Virus record (IMG/VR): IMGVR_UViG_3300022752_004478
Coordinates: 1-61,129 of that record
DNA length: 61,129 nt
Direction: 5' to 3' (one strand)
DNA from: a virus
Taxonomy: Duplodnaviria; Caudoviricetes
Under the pieces are notes generated by a model, which saw nothing but the letters and a program-made list of their open reading frames with translations, was not told the DNA's origin and ran no database searches. A program made the position numbers and the translations under genes. Below are positions 36,415-46,771 of the stretch, one piece after another. Each line of letters opens with the position of its first letter. The first letter of the stretch is position 1.

Positions 36415-38949
36415 TTACTTGGGCTGATTCTGCTTTCTTGTCATTATTTTTATCCTTTCATCAACCATTTTTATAAATTTGTCTCCCGCCACATCAACAT
36501 TGATTGTACTCTTTAGAACAGCATCCCCATCAAGCTGTACCTTAAAAGAAGCATTTGCAAAAAGTTTTTCAAGAGCATTTAATTTTGAAATATCAATAGC
36601 ACCGATTTGAGCAACCAATGCAGCCATCTCTCTCATATTCTTTATGTCTTTGTCAACAAATTTTAAATTCTGTAATGGTACAACATTGCTAAAATCTAAT
36701 GCAGTTATTCCTGCTAATGCAAGACCAATAGATGCTAAACCTAATACACTTAAAGGATTAGATAACATATAAGCAGCACCTGCAATACCCATCATTCCTA
36801 AACCAATGTTAGTTAAATCAATATTACCAAGACTTGCAAACCCTTTAGCCATTTCACCAATTCCTTCCGCAGCCAATTTAATACCAAAACCAACACCCAC
36901 AGCAGCAGCACCAAAAGCAAGCAATCCAAGCGCAGTTGCTTTTGTAGCAGCACCCAATGCTAAAACACCCACTACAAGTGGTCCTGCTAATGTAGCACCA
37001 AGAGTAATCAATGAAGTTGTTAATGCAGTTAATTGCGTATCTGTTAATTTACTTATTGATTCAGAAAGTGATGCAGCACCTTCAGCAGCCATTTTAAAAC
37101 CATAACCAATACCAACTGCCGCAACACCAATCGCAGCCAATTGAGCAGCATTACCTAAACCCGCACCTAACATTTGTTTACCTGATAATAGTTGTGAACC
37201 GCTTTGTGGTGTTGTAGTTGATGTTCCACTTCCAAATAATTTACCCAAACCAGGAACTTTTGATAAAACACCACTTAAAAGAGATGGTATTTTAAGTACC
37301 ATTTTTGTTAAAATCCCTGCAATACCTGTTGATAATAATAAAATTGCAGCAGGTATAGCAAGAGCAATTTCATTCATTTTTCCTGTAGTTTCATCTCTGA
37401 AAAAATCTATAATTTTATTAAAACCTTTTAAAACATAATTTATAGCATCTAATATTGGTAACAATGTAGACTTTAATTGCATAATTGTATTTTCAAATGT
37501 TTCATTAAAAGTTTGAGAATCTTCTGCTCTTTGTTTTAATGTTTTTTCTGTTTGTCTTAATATTTCCAATTGGTCTTCTGTTAATTGGTCTATTCTTACA
37601 TTCTTACCACCTATTTCAATTGTACCTATTGTTGAACCTTTACCAAATGAAGCCAACTTTGCTATCATTTCCTTTTCTTCATCAGTACCAATAAAAATTT
37701 GACTTTTTGCAAGGTCAATTTTAGCCATTTCTTTTGTTGACTCTACCAACTTACCAACTTCTTGACCTGTTAATTCTGCAACAGACCTAAATTTGTCCAT
37801 ATCAATATCAGAGACATCAAAAATACCTTTCTCTTTATTGAAACTAGCCATACCTTTTGTAAGTTTAGCCATTTCAACAGCAAACTCTTCGGGTTTATTT
37901 CTTGCAAGGAATGAAAGTTTAAATTCATCCATTTTAGCAAATTCACCACCCAATACTCTTAAACCAGCACCTGCTTCAAGCAATCCTTCAAGTGTCCTGA
38001 ATTTTTCACCAGCAGCAAAAGCACCTTCCATTGAAAATTTAAATTTCTCAGATGCTTGAACCATATTCTTCAAACCTTCAACTCCATTTTGAAATCTATA
38101 TTTATTAAGTTTATCAATATTTGCTGTTATTCCTTTTAAAACATTTGAAGAATTTAATCCAAGTTTGGCAGTTTCATTTACAGTACCTTCAATTAATTTA
38201 GTTGCATCTTCAACAGATGAACCAAGTGATAACATATTACCAACAAACTGTCCTGCTTCTGCATTTGCCAAACCCGTTCCCTTGGCAATTAAAACCATAT
38301 TTGCAACTTGTTTTTCATTAAAAACAGTTGCCCTTCCAGTTAATTCATTAACTTTACTTTGTATTTCAACAATGTCTTGAGCAGAAGCACCAAACCTTTG
38401 TGCAGCATTTGTTGCTTGATACATTTGCTCTCTTAATGATTCAGCCCTATTTCCAGATAATCCTAAATTTAATGTTAAGGTTCGTATTTGTTTATCAACT
38501 GTCATTAAATATGATGATATACTTCTAATCCCAAATTCTTGTTTTGCCCAACTTTTTGCTTGTTCATATAAATCAGTACCATATGCTTTTAAAATATTAG
38601 AATTTTCTTCAAGTATTTTTCTTTCTTGGTTGAGTACATATTTTCTTTGTTCATATAATTCTAATTCTTGTTGCAATAATTTTATTCTTTCATCATCTAA
38701 AGCAATTCCAGCCGCTAAAAATTCGTTTATTCTTTTCTTACCTTTTTCTAGTTGTTCTGTAAGAAAAATTTCTTCTTTTTTCTTTTCATTAATTATTTTT
38801 TGAGCATTTTCATAACTACTTATTGACCTGTTTTGGTCATCTAAAATACCACTAAGACGATTATATACATCAGTTAATTGTTCAGCAGTATTAAGATTTT
38901 GTCTTGCTAAATTTAACGCATCTTCAGCGTCTTGTCGGTTCATTGCCAT
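36415..38949 (-). CDS. Tape measure protein
   Basis: 844 aa; helical N-part and Ala/Gly/Leu-rich hydrophobic C-part with repeated A..A..VG.G.GFK.AAEG motif; tail context. Confidence 0.85.
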   Translation of the reverse strand: MAMNRQDAEDALNLARQNLNTAEQLTDVYNRLSGILDDQNRSISSYENAQKIINEKKKEEIFLTEQLEKGKKRINEFLAAGIALDDERIKLLQQELELYEQRKYVLNQERKILEENSNILKAYGTDLYEQAKSWAKQEFGIRSISSYLMTVDKQIRTLTLNLGLSGNRAESLREQMYQATNAAQRFGASAQDIVEIQSKVNELTGRATVFNEKQVANMVLIAKGTGLANAEAGQFVGNMLSLGSSVEDATKLIEGTVNETAKLGLNSSNVLKGITANIDKLNKYRFQNGVEGLKNMVQASEKFKFSMEGAFAAGEKFRTLEGLLEAGAGLRVLGGEFAKMDEFKLSFLARNKPEEFAVEMAKLTKGMASFNKEKGIFDVSDIDMDKFRSVAELTGQEVGKLVESTKEMAKIDLAKSQIFIGTDEEKEMIAKLASFGKGSTIGTIEIGGKNVRIDQLTEDQLEILRQTEKTLKQRAEDSQTFNETFENTIMQLKSTLLPILDAINYVLKGFNKIIDFFRDETTGKMNEIALAIPAAILLLSTGIAGILTKMVLKIPSLLSGVLSKVPGLGKLFGSGTSTTTPQSGSQLLSGKQMLGAGLGNAAQLAAIGVAAVGIGYGFKMAAEGAASLSESISKLTDTQLTALTTSLITLGATLAGPLVVGVLALGAATKATALGLLAFGAAAVGVGFGIKLAAEGIGEMAKGFASLGNIDLTNIGLGMMGIAGAAYMLSNPLSVLGLASIGLALAGITALDFSNVVPLQNLKFVDKDIKNMREMAALVAQIGAIDISKLNALEKLFANASFKVQLDGDAVLKSTINVDVAGDKFIKMVDERIKIMTRKQNQPK

Positions 38950-38952
38950 ATT

Positions 38953-39831
38953 TTAAATTTTATTAAAAGTTTTTAGCGTGTATTTTGTTTTTTGAACATT
39001 TCCAGTTCCTTTTATATGAACATAACAATCTTTTTGTGTATTTTGATTCTTCTCAAAGTCATCATTTGTATATATATAATAAATATCATTACCATCTTTT
39101 ATATATGTTATTTTTCTAAAACTAGGAGGAGGTAAATTTCTTGATAAAATTCCCTTAACATTATTAAGTATAACATTACAATATCCATCAATTTTATTTA
39201 TTATATTTGTTACTGCTGATAATTTAGGGTTAAACTCAATATCTAAACTATATTGATTATTATTACTTAATTTATTACTACTAATTGATAAATCTTTTAT
39301 ATTTGTTGATATAATACCCATAAAAAAATTAGGATTTATATTAGTAGTTTGATAATTTGATAATTGATTAAGATTGGCAAAAATGTAACGCTTATTAACA
39401 TAATTAAAAACATTTGTATCATTTACTTGGAAACTAAAAGCAAAGGATTGTCCTTTTGGATTATTAAAAAATGTTTTAACATCATAATCAGTTTTTGAAC
39501 TTACATCATAAAGCTTTAATGTACCCCATTTTTTTCCATTTTCTTCCGTTAAAGCTTTAACTTCTTCATCATAATATGGATATAAATTTATTTCATTAGT
39601 AGATTCATTTATATTTATTGCAAATAATACATTTTTATAATCTAATACTCTTGTTGAATTTGTACTATAGGGATATTTATATATACTTAAATTTAAGGTT
39701 ACTATTTTTTCAAAATATGGATTAGAAAAAGTATTAAAACCTCCTTTTTGTGTAATTAATTTAGAACGTAACAAATTAGAAGTTGAAAAAACATCAGCTT
39801 CACTTAATATTTTATAAGATAATATCTTCAT
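38953..39831 (-). CDS. Hypothetical protein
   Basis: Likely start MKILSY, 14 nt after CTATTTA motif (39846-39852). Confidence 0.6.
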   Translation of the reverse strand: MKILSYKILSEADVFSTSNLLRSKLITQKGGFNTFSNPYFEKIVTLNLSIYKYPYSTNSTRVLDYKNVLFAININESTNEINLYPYYDEEVKALTEENGKKWGTLKLYDVSSKTDYDVKTFFNNPKGQSFAFSFQVNDTNVFNYVNKRYIFANLNQLSNYQTTNINPNFFMGIISTNIKDLSISSNKLSNNNQYSLDIEFNPKLSAVTNIINKIDGYCNVILNNVKGILSRNLPPPSFRKITYIKDGNDIYYIYTNDDFEKNQNTQKDCYVHIKGTGNVQKTKYTLKTFNKI

Positions 39832-39854
39832 ATTACATTTTAATATAAATAGAA

Positions 39855-40053
39855 TCAAATATCTTGATAACCTGCTGCTCTTTCTTTTTCTTTCAATAAC
39901 TTTTGATTTTTTTCCAAAAGTATTGTAATTATATTTTTCCTCATGTATACTGGCATCATATACATAACATCATTATATGAATAATTATTTTCAACAAGAA
40001 AGTTAACTTCGTGTGCTATAACTTCCTCATACTTTTGCTCTTGGATAAAAAAA
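39855..40053 (-). CDS. Probable frameshift extension of tail assembly chaperone
   Basis: Open +1 frame overlapping the 3' end of 40027-40821 (IQEQKYEEVIAHEVNFLVENNYSYNDVMYMMPVYMRK...); no suitable ATG near the upstream stop; T7 run at the junction. Confidence 0.55.
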
Positions 40054-40821
40054 GTCGAAACCAAGGGTAATTTTCTGACGAAAAAAGTCACCTGTGAATT
40101 TGCCTTCAAATTCATAATTGTAATCAAGTCCTGGTTCAACATCTAAAATATATGTTCTCAAATCTAGTGAATCTATTGGTGGCATAAGTTTAACAAACTT
40201 TTCAATAAATCCTCTATCTGATTCACCTGCAATTGTTTGTATTTGTGCAATAATTCTTTCTTGTATTTCAAAAATTGGTGAATCATTTTTATATTTTGAA
40301 ATTTTTTCAAGTCTTTGGTCTAATTTTTTCTTTTCACCATAAGTTAGTAGTTTAAATGTTAGGTCTACTTTACATAATGGTAATTTAAAATTAAATGTCA
40401 AATCAGTATTATCAGGTTTAACAACTTCTTTATATTTAATTTCTGATAGTTTTACTACAGTATCGAACATTTTTCCATCTGTATCACGAACTTGAACAGG
40501 ATATTCATCACCATAAGCAAATCTTCTTAAAAACAATAATACTGCATCTAAATCACCTGTTAATAAATCTTCAACACGCATATTTGCATTGAATTCAGGG
40601 TCTTTAATTTTATTTTTTGCTAATAATTCAATACCTGTACCATTTTTAATATAGTTTTCAGAAAGAAGGTATTGTTCATCAGAAGCTGTCATATATTCAA
40701 CCATGAGTTTATCAACTCCTGTTTCATAAAAAACACCTTGTGAAGGTAATTCAACGTAGTCAGATACTACTTTTGGCAATAAGCTATCTAGCTTAGATTT
40801 AACATTTGGTATATTTTCCAT
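40027..40821 (-). CDS. T4 gp26-like baseplate hub subunit / tail assembly chaperone
   Basis: VELPSQGVFY, YMTASDE..LL, LLTGD.DAVL.FLR...YG..Y, FKLLT, ends GFDFFYP. Confidence 0.7.
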   Translation of the reverse strand: MENIPNVKSKLDSLLPKVVSDYVELPSQGVFYETGVDKLMVEYMTASDEQYLLSENYIKNGTGIELLAKNKIKDPEFNANMRVEDLLTGDLDAVLLFLRRFAYGDEYPVQVRDTDGKMFDTVVKLSEIKYKEVVKPDNTDLTFNFKLPLCKVDLTFKLLTYGEKKKLDQRLEKISKYKNDSPIFEIQERIIAQIQTIAGESDRGFIEKFVKLMPPIDSLDLRTYILDVEPGLDYNYEFEGKFTGDFFRQKITLGFDFFYPRAKV

Positions 40822-40849
40822 AGATAAAATAATTTAATATAATTAGTAA

Positions 40850-40856
40850 CTATTTA
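40850..40856 (+). promoter_or_regulatory. Putative phage promoter motif CTATTTA
   Basis: 21 nt upstream of ATG 40878; a CTAATTA variant on the minus strand at 40840-40846 precedes ATG 40821. Confidence 0.45.
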
Positions 40857-40877
40857 TTATAAAATAAAATTAATTAA

Positions 40878-41753
40878 ATGCATACTGTTTCTGAAATTTG
40901 GTTACCACAAGTAAAAGATGAAAACATTAATGAAATACTTCATGAATTAGAAGATATTGGAATAATTGTTAAATCTGTTTTGATTGGACCTAGTTATTTA
41001 AAGCCTCTACAAAAAAAGGTATCAAAACCAATAATTGATGAATTAAATAATATTGTTGACAATGATGGTTATTTACCAAAAGTTTGGGTTGATGCCAATA
41101 ATAATATTTTAGATGGTCATCACAGGTCTTACGTTTATCAATCTAGACCTGATATTGATAAGATTGAATGTTATAAAATTTTTTTAAATTCTAAAGATGC
41201 TTGTAGGATTTTAAATAAAATACAAGACAGAATAGAATTTAAAAAAGAATATGGAATTAAAAGTCCAAGCACATTTAATATGATGGACACTATTCAAAAA
41301 GAAATTAACAGTGTTCAATATCCAAAACAAAATGCTAAATATCTTGGACCCGACAAAGAACAGGAACAGCAAAAAGAAAAATTAACATTTGATGATGTTA
41401 CAAATAAAACATGTACACTATATTCTGTAAGACCTTTTGATAAAGGTAATACTTCAGGTTTTATTATGTCTTTTACAAAGGACAAGGGATATGATAAAGA
41501 ATATGAAATTCTTTTTGATAAGCTTTTAAATGTACCAAAAGAAGAAATGGATTTATATGAACCATTTTATTTAGCTGGTATGTATATGCTTGACCCAAAT
41601 TTTGAAAAAGACCCTATTAAAATTAAAAAAATGGCATCTGATGTTAATAAAGTTTATGCTGAATTTATAAAAGATAGATTGAATGGTTTTGCAAAAAGGG
41701 GTGGATATGATGGTATAAATTTTGGTGATAAATTAATGCTTATAATTACTTAA
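40878..41753 (+). CDS. ParB/Sulfiredoxin-like N-terminal domain protein
   Basis: LKPLQ...VWVD.NNNILDGHHR motif. Confidence 0.7.
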   Translation: MHTVSEIWLPQVKDENINEILHELEDIGIIVKSVLIGPSYLKPLQKKVSKPIIDELNNIVDNDGYLPKVWVDANNNILDGHHRSYVYQSRPDIDKIECYKIFLNSKDACRILNKIQDRIEFKKEYGIKSPSTFNMMDTIQKEINSVQYPKQNAKYLGPDKEQEQQKEKLTFDDVTNKTCTLYSVRPFDKGNTSGFIMSFTKDKGYDKEYEILFDKLLNVPKEEMDLYEPFYLAGMYMLDPNFEKDPIKIKKMASDVNKVYAEFIKDRLNGFAKRGGYDGINFGDKLMLIIT

Positions 41754-42142
41754 TGGCAAATAATAGAACAATATCAATAAATTTTCCATTTAATGATGAT
41801 GATGAAAGTGGAAAATTTTTAAAAATGAATACAACATCAGTTGATGATGTTCGTTCATCACTGTATTTTTTTATCTCAACAAGAAAGGGAGAAAGATGGT
41901 ATGACCCTGAATTTGGAACAAGTCTTTATGAATACATTTTTGAAAAAAATGATGACATAACAGCCAGAGAAATAAGAGATTCAATTAAAACTGATGTTGA
42001 AAAATATTTTAATAATGTTACAATCCAAGAAATAGCGATAGACCAATCAGAAAATACAAATAAACTCACAATTAACATATCTTTTATATATACAAATCTG
42101 TATAATACAGAAACAGATGACTTAACTTTTGTTTTTGGTTAA
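41753..42142 (+). CDS. gp25/GPW-like baseplate wedge protein
   Basis: INFPF, TRKGERWYDPEFGTSLYEYIFE. Confidence 0.9.
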   Translation: MANNRTISINFPFNDDDESGKFLKMNTTSVDDVRSSLYFFISTRKGERWYDPEFGTSLYEYIFEKNDDITAREIRDSIKTDVEKYFNNVTIQEIAIDQSENTNKLTINISFIYTNLYNTETDDLTFVFG

Positions 42143-42174
42143 AATTTGACGTATTATACTTCAAATTTTATTTT

Positions 42175-43584
42175 ATGAGTAAACCAAAAATATTGATTAC
42201 AAACATGGATGTTCATGGTGTGAATTTTTATCGCTCTGAACAACCTGCAATATCCCTATCAAAACTTTATGATGATGAATTTGAAATAGATTATATTAAA
42301 AATATTGATTGGAATAACAATGATTTCTTAAAACAATATGATATAATTCATGGACATAGAACACTTTGTGATTTTTCTCAAATGCCAATGCTTGTTGAAA
42401 AATTACATTCATTTGGAATTTCTGTTGTACTTGATATTGATGATTATTGGGAGGTTTCCAAAGAACATCCTCTTTATTTTGCAGTTAAAAAAGATGGACT
42501 TAAAGAAAAAATTATTGGGAATCTTAAAATTGTTGATGCAGTATCAACAACAACACCTGTTTATGAAAATTATATTAAACCATACAATAAAAATATTTTA
42601 ATTATTCCAAATGGTATAAATAGAAACCTAAAAGAATGGACTCCGGCAGATGATAAATGTACATATGATAAATTAAGAATACTTTATCTAGCAGGTTCAT
42701 CTCATTTGCAAGATGTTTCTCTTCTAAAAGATAGTTTTGAAAAACTTGTTGATGATGTATCAATTTCAAATAAATTTCAAGTACATCTTTCAGGTTTTGA
42801 CCTTAGAGGTACAACAACAAACTATATTGTAAATGAGGAATTTATAAAAGAAATACAATCTATTGGTATTTTTAATGAAAAATTATATAAAAAATTAATG
42901 GCAAATAATTTTGATATAGTTAATACAGAAGAAATACCAAGATACATTGTTGAAAAATATAATAATAGCGCAATTACAGAACAAACTAGACCAATTAAAC
43001 CACAGGAAACAGTTTGGACAAGATATGAAGAAATTTTCACATCAAATTATAAACTTATTAAAGATAAAGATTATTATAATTTCTTGATGAAATTTGATTT
43101 GGATGCTGTTTATGAAAAACAGTCAGAACAAAACTATTTTAGACACAAAACACAAGGTCTTTATAAATTTGCAGCAAATTATAAATTTGGTGATGTAGCA
43201 CTTGCACCAATTAAAGTATATGGTAAAGGTGTAAATGATGATAATTCAGATAATCGTTATCAATTCGCTAAATCAAATCTTAAAGTTATTGAAGCAGCAT
43301 TCCATAAAGTTCCAGTAATTGCCTCAAATGTTCCAATTTATAATCATGATAAAGATTGGGTTGATGGAAAAAACATTTTATATGTAAATCCCGATAGACA
43401 ATACAAAGATTGGTATAAAAAAATTAAATATTGTATCAATAATCCAAATCATGTTAAAGATATGGGAGAAGCTGCATACGAACTTGCATGTAAAAGATAT
43501 GACATTGATGTTTTAAGTCATATCAGAGCAGACTTTTATAGAAAATTAATCAAAGAAAAAAAAGAAAATTATCAACTAGTTTGA
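42175..43584 (+). CDS. GT-B fold glycosyltransferase
   Basis: GVNFYR, LDIDDYW, GSSHLQD, ALAP, KSNLKVIEAA..KVPVIAS. Confidence 0.8.
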   Translation: MSKPKILITNMDVHGVNFYRSEQPAISLSKLYDDEFEIDYIKNIDWNNNDFLKQYDIIHGHRTLCDFSQMPMLVEKLHSFGISVVLDIDDYWEVSKEHPLYFAVKKDGLKEKIIGNLKIVDAVSTTTPVYENYIKPYNKNILIIPNGINRNLKEWTPADDKCTYDKLRILYLAGSSHLQDVSLLKDSFEKLVDDVSISNKFQVHLSGFDLRGTTTNYIVNEEFIKEIQSIGIFNEKLYKKLMANNFDIVNTEEIPRYIVEKYNNSAITEQTRPIKPQETVWTRYEEIFTSNYKLIKDKDYYNFLMKFDLDAVYEKQSEQNYFRHKTQGLYKFAANYKFGDVALAPIKVYGKGVNDDNSDNRYQFAKSNLKVIEAAFHKVPVIASNVPIYNHDKDWVDGKNILYVNPDRQYKDWYKKIKYCINNPNHVKDMGEAAYELACKRYDIDVLSHIRADFYRKLIKEKKENYQLV

Positions 43585-43859
43585 TTTGAATCTTGTTCAA
43601 CTTCTTCTTTAACATTTCTATTAATATAATTTTTTTGCATTATTAATGCACTAATGAATGCAAAATCTTCTAATAATAAAGCATGGTCAATTTCATTTTT
43701 TTTAACCATTATTGAAATTGCTTCAAAATGAAACCATAATACAGGAATGAAAAGTATAATAGCAAGAATTCTTGTCAATGACGTTTTTTTAGAATTACTG
43801 TCTCTTAAAATGTCATTTATAAATTTTACAAAAGTAGGATTTCTAAAAAAATTGAACAT
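43572..43859 (-). CDS. Small membrane protein (holin candidate)
   Basis: 95 aa, SLTRILAIILFIPVLWF hydrophobic segment plus a weaker second one. Confidence 0.45.
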   Translation of the reverse strand: MFNFFRNPTFVKFINDILRDSNSKKTSLTRILAIILFIPVLWFHFEAISIMVKKNEIDHALLLEDFAFISALIMQKNYINRNVKEEVEQDSNQTS

Positions 43860-43867
43860 AATTTTAT

Positions 43868-43884
43868 CTATTTAATATAAATAG
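43868..43884. promoter_or_regulatory. Bidirectional putative late promoter, CTATTTA-N3-TAAATAG
   Basis: Perfect 7-bp inverted repeat between divergent ATGs at 43859 and 43892. Confidence 0.6.
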
Positions 43885-43891
43885 TTTTATA

Positions 43892-45943
43892 ATGAGTTTC
43901 ATACAAAAAAGTGATGCAATCGTAATTAATACCAAATTAACTAATGCAGGTAGATTATTGCTTGCAAGTGGCTCTTTAACATTTAAAAAAATTGAATTTG
44001 GTGATTCAGAAGTTGATTATGATTTCTTGAGAAATAATGAATCAATTATCGATGGTAGTGATTTAATAATTATGCGACCAAAAGATGCAAATCCAAGCAT
44101 TAAATATCCGCTACCAATAATAGAAGGTCAAGCAGAAACAAAATCAACAATTACAGCAGTTAATCCACAAGCAGTATCAGTAGTAAATACAGCATCACAA
44201 AGAGGATTCTTTACAGGTTCAACAACAAACGGTTTTACAGCATTTACAAATACATCATATATATTAGATAAAAGAGTTATACCATCTAGCGGAATGACAG
44301 GTGGTACAATTCTTACAGTTGATTCAACAAGCAATTTTACAACAGGTGCTTGCCTTTTAATTGATATAAGAAATCCAAAAATAACAGCATTCACAAATAC
44401 AACAGGTGCAATCGGTGAAGACTATCCAAGACCTTTTATTTGGTATAAAGCACTATCAATAAATGGTAATAACGTAACAGTAGATAAACCATTGCCAAAT
44501 TTTTCAGGGCAAGGTGGTACAGTTAATAGTGTTGTTTATGTATTTCCAGCAAATAATGCTGTAGATAATTACTATAGTACAGGAACTTCCGTTTCTTATT
44601 GGAATGATAATACACTAGCATTTAATTCAAATTGTAATATAGCAAGTGATGATGTAAAAGTATGGAACTTTAATATTATTTATAAATATGCACCCGCAGG
44701 TGTTACAAATGGATTAATACCACCATACTACGATAGTGCAATATTTTCAGGTTTTAAAGAATATATACAAGGATTTACTTCAAAATCAGGTGATACTATG
44801 TTAGGTATTGTTCACTTTACAAATAAATCAATATCAAACTATTATGGAGAAGGTTTTAATGGTAATACATTCAAAATTGATTTACCAACAGTAATGTATC
44901 ATAAGAAAAGTGCAACAACATTGGGAATAACACTCAAATCCTCAGGCTCAACATTAACAGGTGCTAAAAAAATACAACCAACAACACTAACTGGTTTTAC
45001 AACAGAATATTATGACCTTATTGAAACAACATCATTAAGCGTTGTTGGAAAAGTATTCAATGATTTAAAAATAGCAATAATCGAAGACCAAGAAATACTA
45101 AATGCCATTTCTCTAAAATCTAATAGGTCTTGGACATTACCTGATGCTAATTTTACGTTGAGAACATCAAGTAGTGGTGAATTACCTATTTTAGGCGCAT
45201 CGACAAGTGAAAATAGTTATTTGGCTATAACATACTTACTTGGTTCAAATAATAATTATAGTGCCACAACAAATTACGGCTACTCAACAGGTATTCATTG
45301 CGGATATATCACAAAACTTTATCCACAAAATTTACCACAAGTTGCTCAATTTATTATCCCATCCAATGATTTGCAATTCATGCAATCTTCAGCAGGGTTA
45401 ACAGCAGGAACAGGATTTAATGCTAATAAATTTTTTATTATTGCACAAAAAGTTCCTCTAAATTCTGAACCCGACCCAACTTCTTGGCAATTAATTGATT
45501 TTACACCAAAATTAATTAATTATAGTTCTTGGAGTGCAACAACTATTCCTGTTGCAAATTTAGCAAATCAATTATATAGTTTTACAAATGCAGAATATAC
45601 AGCAGGTACAACATATAATATTGAAACATATATAGGAGCATTACCAACTACATCATCACCAAATGATGGTTTATCTTTTGGAGAAGAAAGTATACTTCTT
45701 GGAAACATTAACTGCGATATAAAAGCAATTGTATATAGAACCAAAATAGGTCAAAGATTAAATTTTAATCAATATAATACATCAAATAATCCAACATTCG
45801 ACAACACAGAAGATGATGTATATGTAACTGAAGCAGGTATATATGATGACAACAATAACTTAGTGGCAATAGGAAAGTTGAATACACCAATTAAAAAGAA
45901 TGGCAACAAACTATTTACATTAGAATTAGACATGGATTTTTAA
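43892..45943 (+). CDS. Virion structural protein (baseplate/tail-fibre attachment-like)
   Basis: N-terminal LTNAGRLLLASG...GDSEVDY; C-terminal VTEAGIYD...LVAIGKL..PIKK; Thr/Ser/Gly-rich. Confidence 0.65.
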   Translation: MSFIQKSDAIVINTKLTNAGRLLLASGSLTFKKIEFGDSEVDYDFLRNNESIIDGSDLIIMRPKDANPSIKYPLPIIEGQAETKSTITAVNPQAVSVVNTASQRGFFTGSTTNGFTAFTNTSYILDKRVIPSSGMTGGTILTVDSTSNFTTGACLLIDIRNPKITAFTNTTGAIGEDYPRPFIWYKALSINGNNVTVDKPLPNFSGQGGTVNSVVYVFPANNAVDNYYSTGTSVSYWNDNTLAFNSNCNIASDDVKVWNFNIIYKYAPAGVTNGLIPPYYDSAIFSGFKEYIQGFTSKSGDTMLGIVHFTNKSISNYYGEGFNGNTFKIDLPTVMYHKKSATTLGITLKSSGSTLTGAKKIQPTTLTGFTTEYYDLIETTSLSVVGKVFNDLKIAIIEDQEILNAISLKSNRSWTLPDANFTLRTSSSGELPILGASTSENSYLAITYLLGSNNNYSATTNYGYSTGIHCGYITKLYPQNLPQVAQFIIPSNDLQFMQSSAGLTAGTGFNANKFFIIAQKVPLNSEPDPTSWQLIDFTPKLINYSSWSATTIPVANLANQLYSFTNAEYTAGTTYNIETYIGALPTTSSPNDGLSFGEESILLGNINCDIKAIVYRTKIGQRLNFNQYNTSNNPTFDNTEDDVYVTEAGIYDDNNNLVAIGKLNTPIKKNGNKLFTLELDMDF

Positions 45944-45944
45944 T

Positions 45945-46754
45945 ATGGGATTTATACCACAAATTAACACAAAAACACTATACGCATACCTTACACCAAA
46001 AGGTAGAGAATACATATTATATGGTAACAAAGAAGATTTCCAAATAGCATATTTTACTCTTCATGATGATGATGTAAATTATTTTGTTTCAGCAAATATA
46101 TCAGCAGGTACAACATCAAAATATTTAACTCTGCCAAGCGGATTTGTTCCTGACATCACAGGTGATGCTGATACTTGTATTAAAAGCATCGCACAAGGAA
46201 CAAACATAGATACTATGTCTTCTCTTTCAGGTTCTTCTATAACTGACCCAATATCAAAAAGATTAACAGTTGGTAGAATCGGTACTGATGGAAATATTAA
46301 TACAAGAGTTTTGGATATGGGTTTTGTTGGAAATACTAATACTATACAAGGTGTTTCACTAAATCCTGCATCAACCACATATACAGTTTCACCCCCTCCA
46401 CAAGTTTCACTTTTTCCACCTAGTGGTGGTGATAATACTCCTGTCGGTCCAAATGAATGGTTAAATACACAATTTAATGTTGAAATCGTAGAAAGTAATG
46501 GTGGTGCAACTGATTTTACAATAAATGGGGTTTCAGAAAGTAAAGTTTTAATTAAACCTACGGCAGTAACAACATTTATTAATATTACATTTAAAAAGGG
46601 AAGCAGAGATTCTTTAAACGGGTCTATATCAATTAATTTCAAAATCAAAATAACACCTATCCGTTCATTTGTAAATTTAACTAATAGTTTAATTACTTAT
46701 AATGCTTCTATTCCAAGTGGAGGTGGTGGTGGAGGAAATCAGTCATTACAATAA
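45945..46754 (+). CDS. Virion structural protein carrying the N-terminal module seen in 43892-45943
   Basis: YLTPKGREYIL...F.L.DDDVNY parallels LTNAGR...GDSEVDY. Confidence 0.6.
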   Translation: MGFIPQINTKTLYAYLTPKGREYILYGNKEDFQIAYFTLHDDDVNYFVSANISAGTTSKYLTLPSGFVPDITGDADTCIKSIAQGTNIDTMSSLSGSSITDPISKRLTVGRIGTDGNINTRVLDMGFVGNTNTIQGVSLNPASTTYTVSPPPQVSLFPPSGGDNTPVGPNEWLNTQFNVEIVESNGGATDFTINGVSESKVLIKPTAVTTFINITFKKGSRDSLNGSISINFKIKITPIRSFVNLTNSLITYNASIPSGGGGGGNQSLQ

Positions 46755-46771
46755 AATAAAAATATAAAAAT

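Noticed and set aside
39855-40142. Independent 95-aa gene starting at ATG 40142
   Set aside because: That ATG lies 116 nt inside the upstream gene; frameshift extension is the preferred, though unproven, reading
46719-46736. G-rich run GGAGGTGGTGGTGGAGGA
   Set aside because: Simply encodes a poly-Gly stretch at the C-terminus of a structural protein
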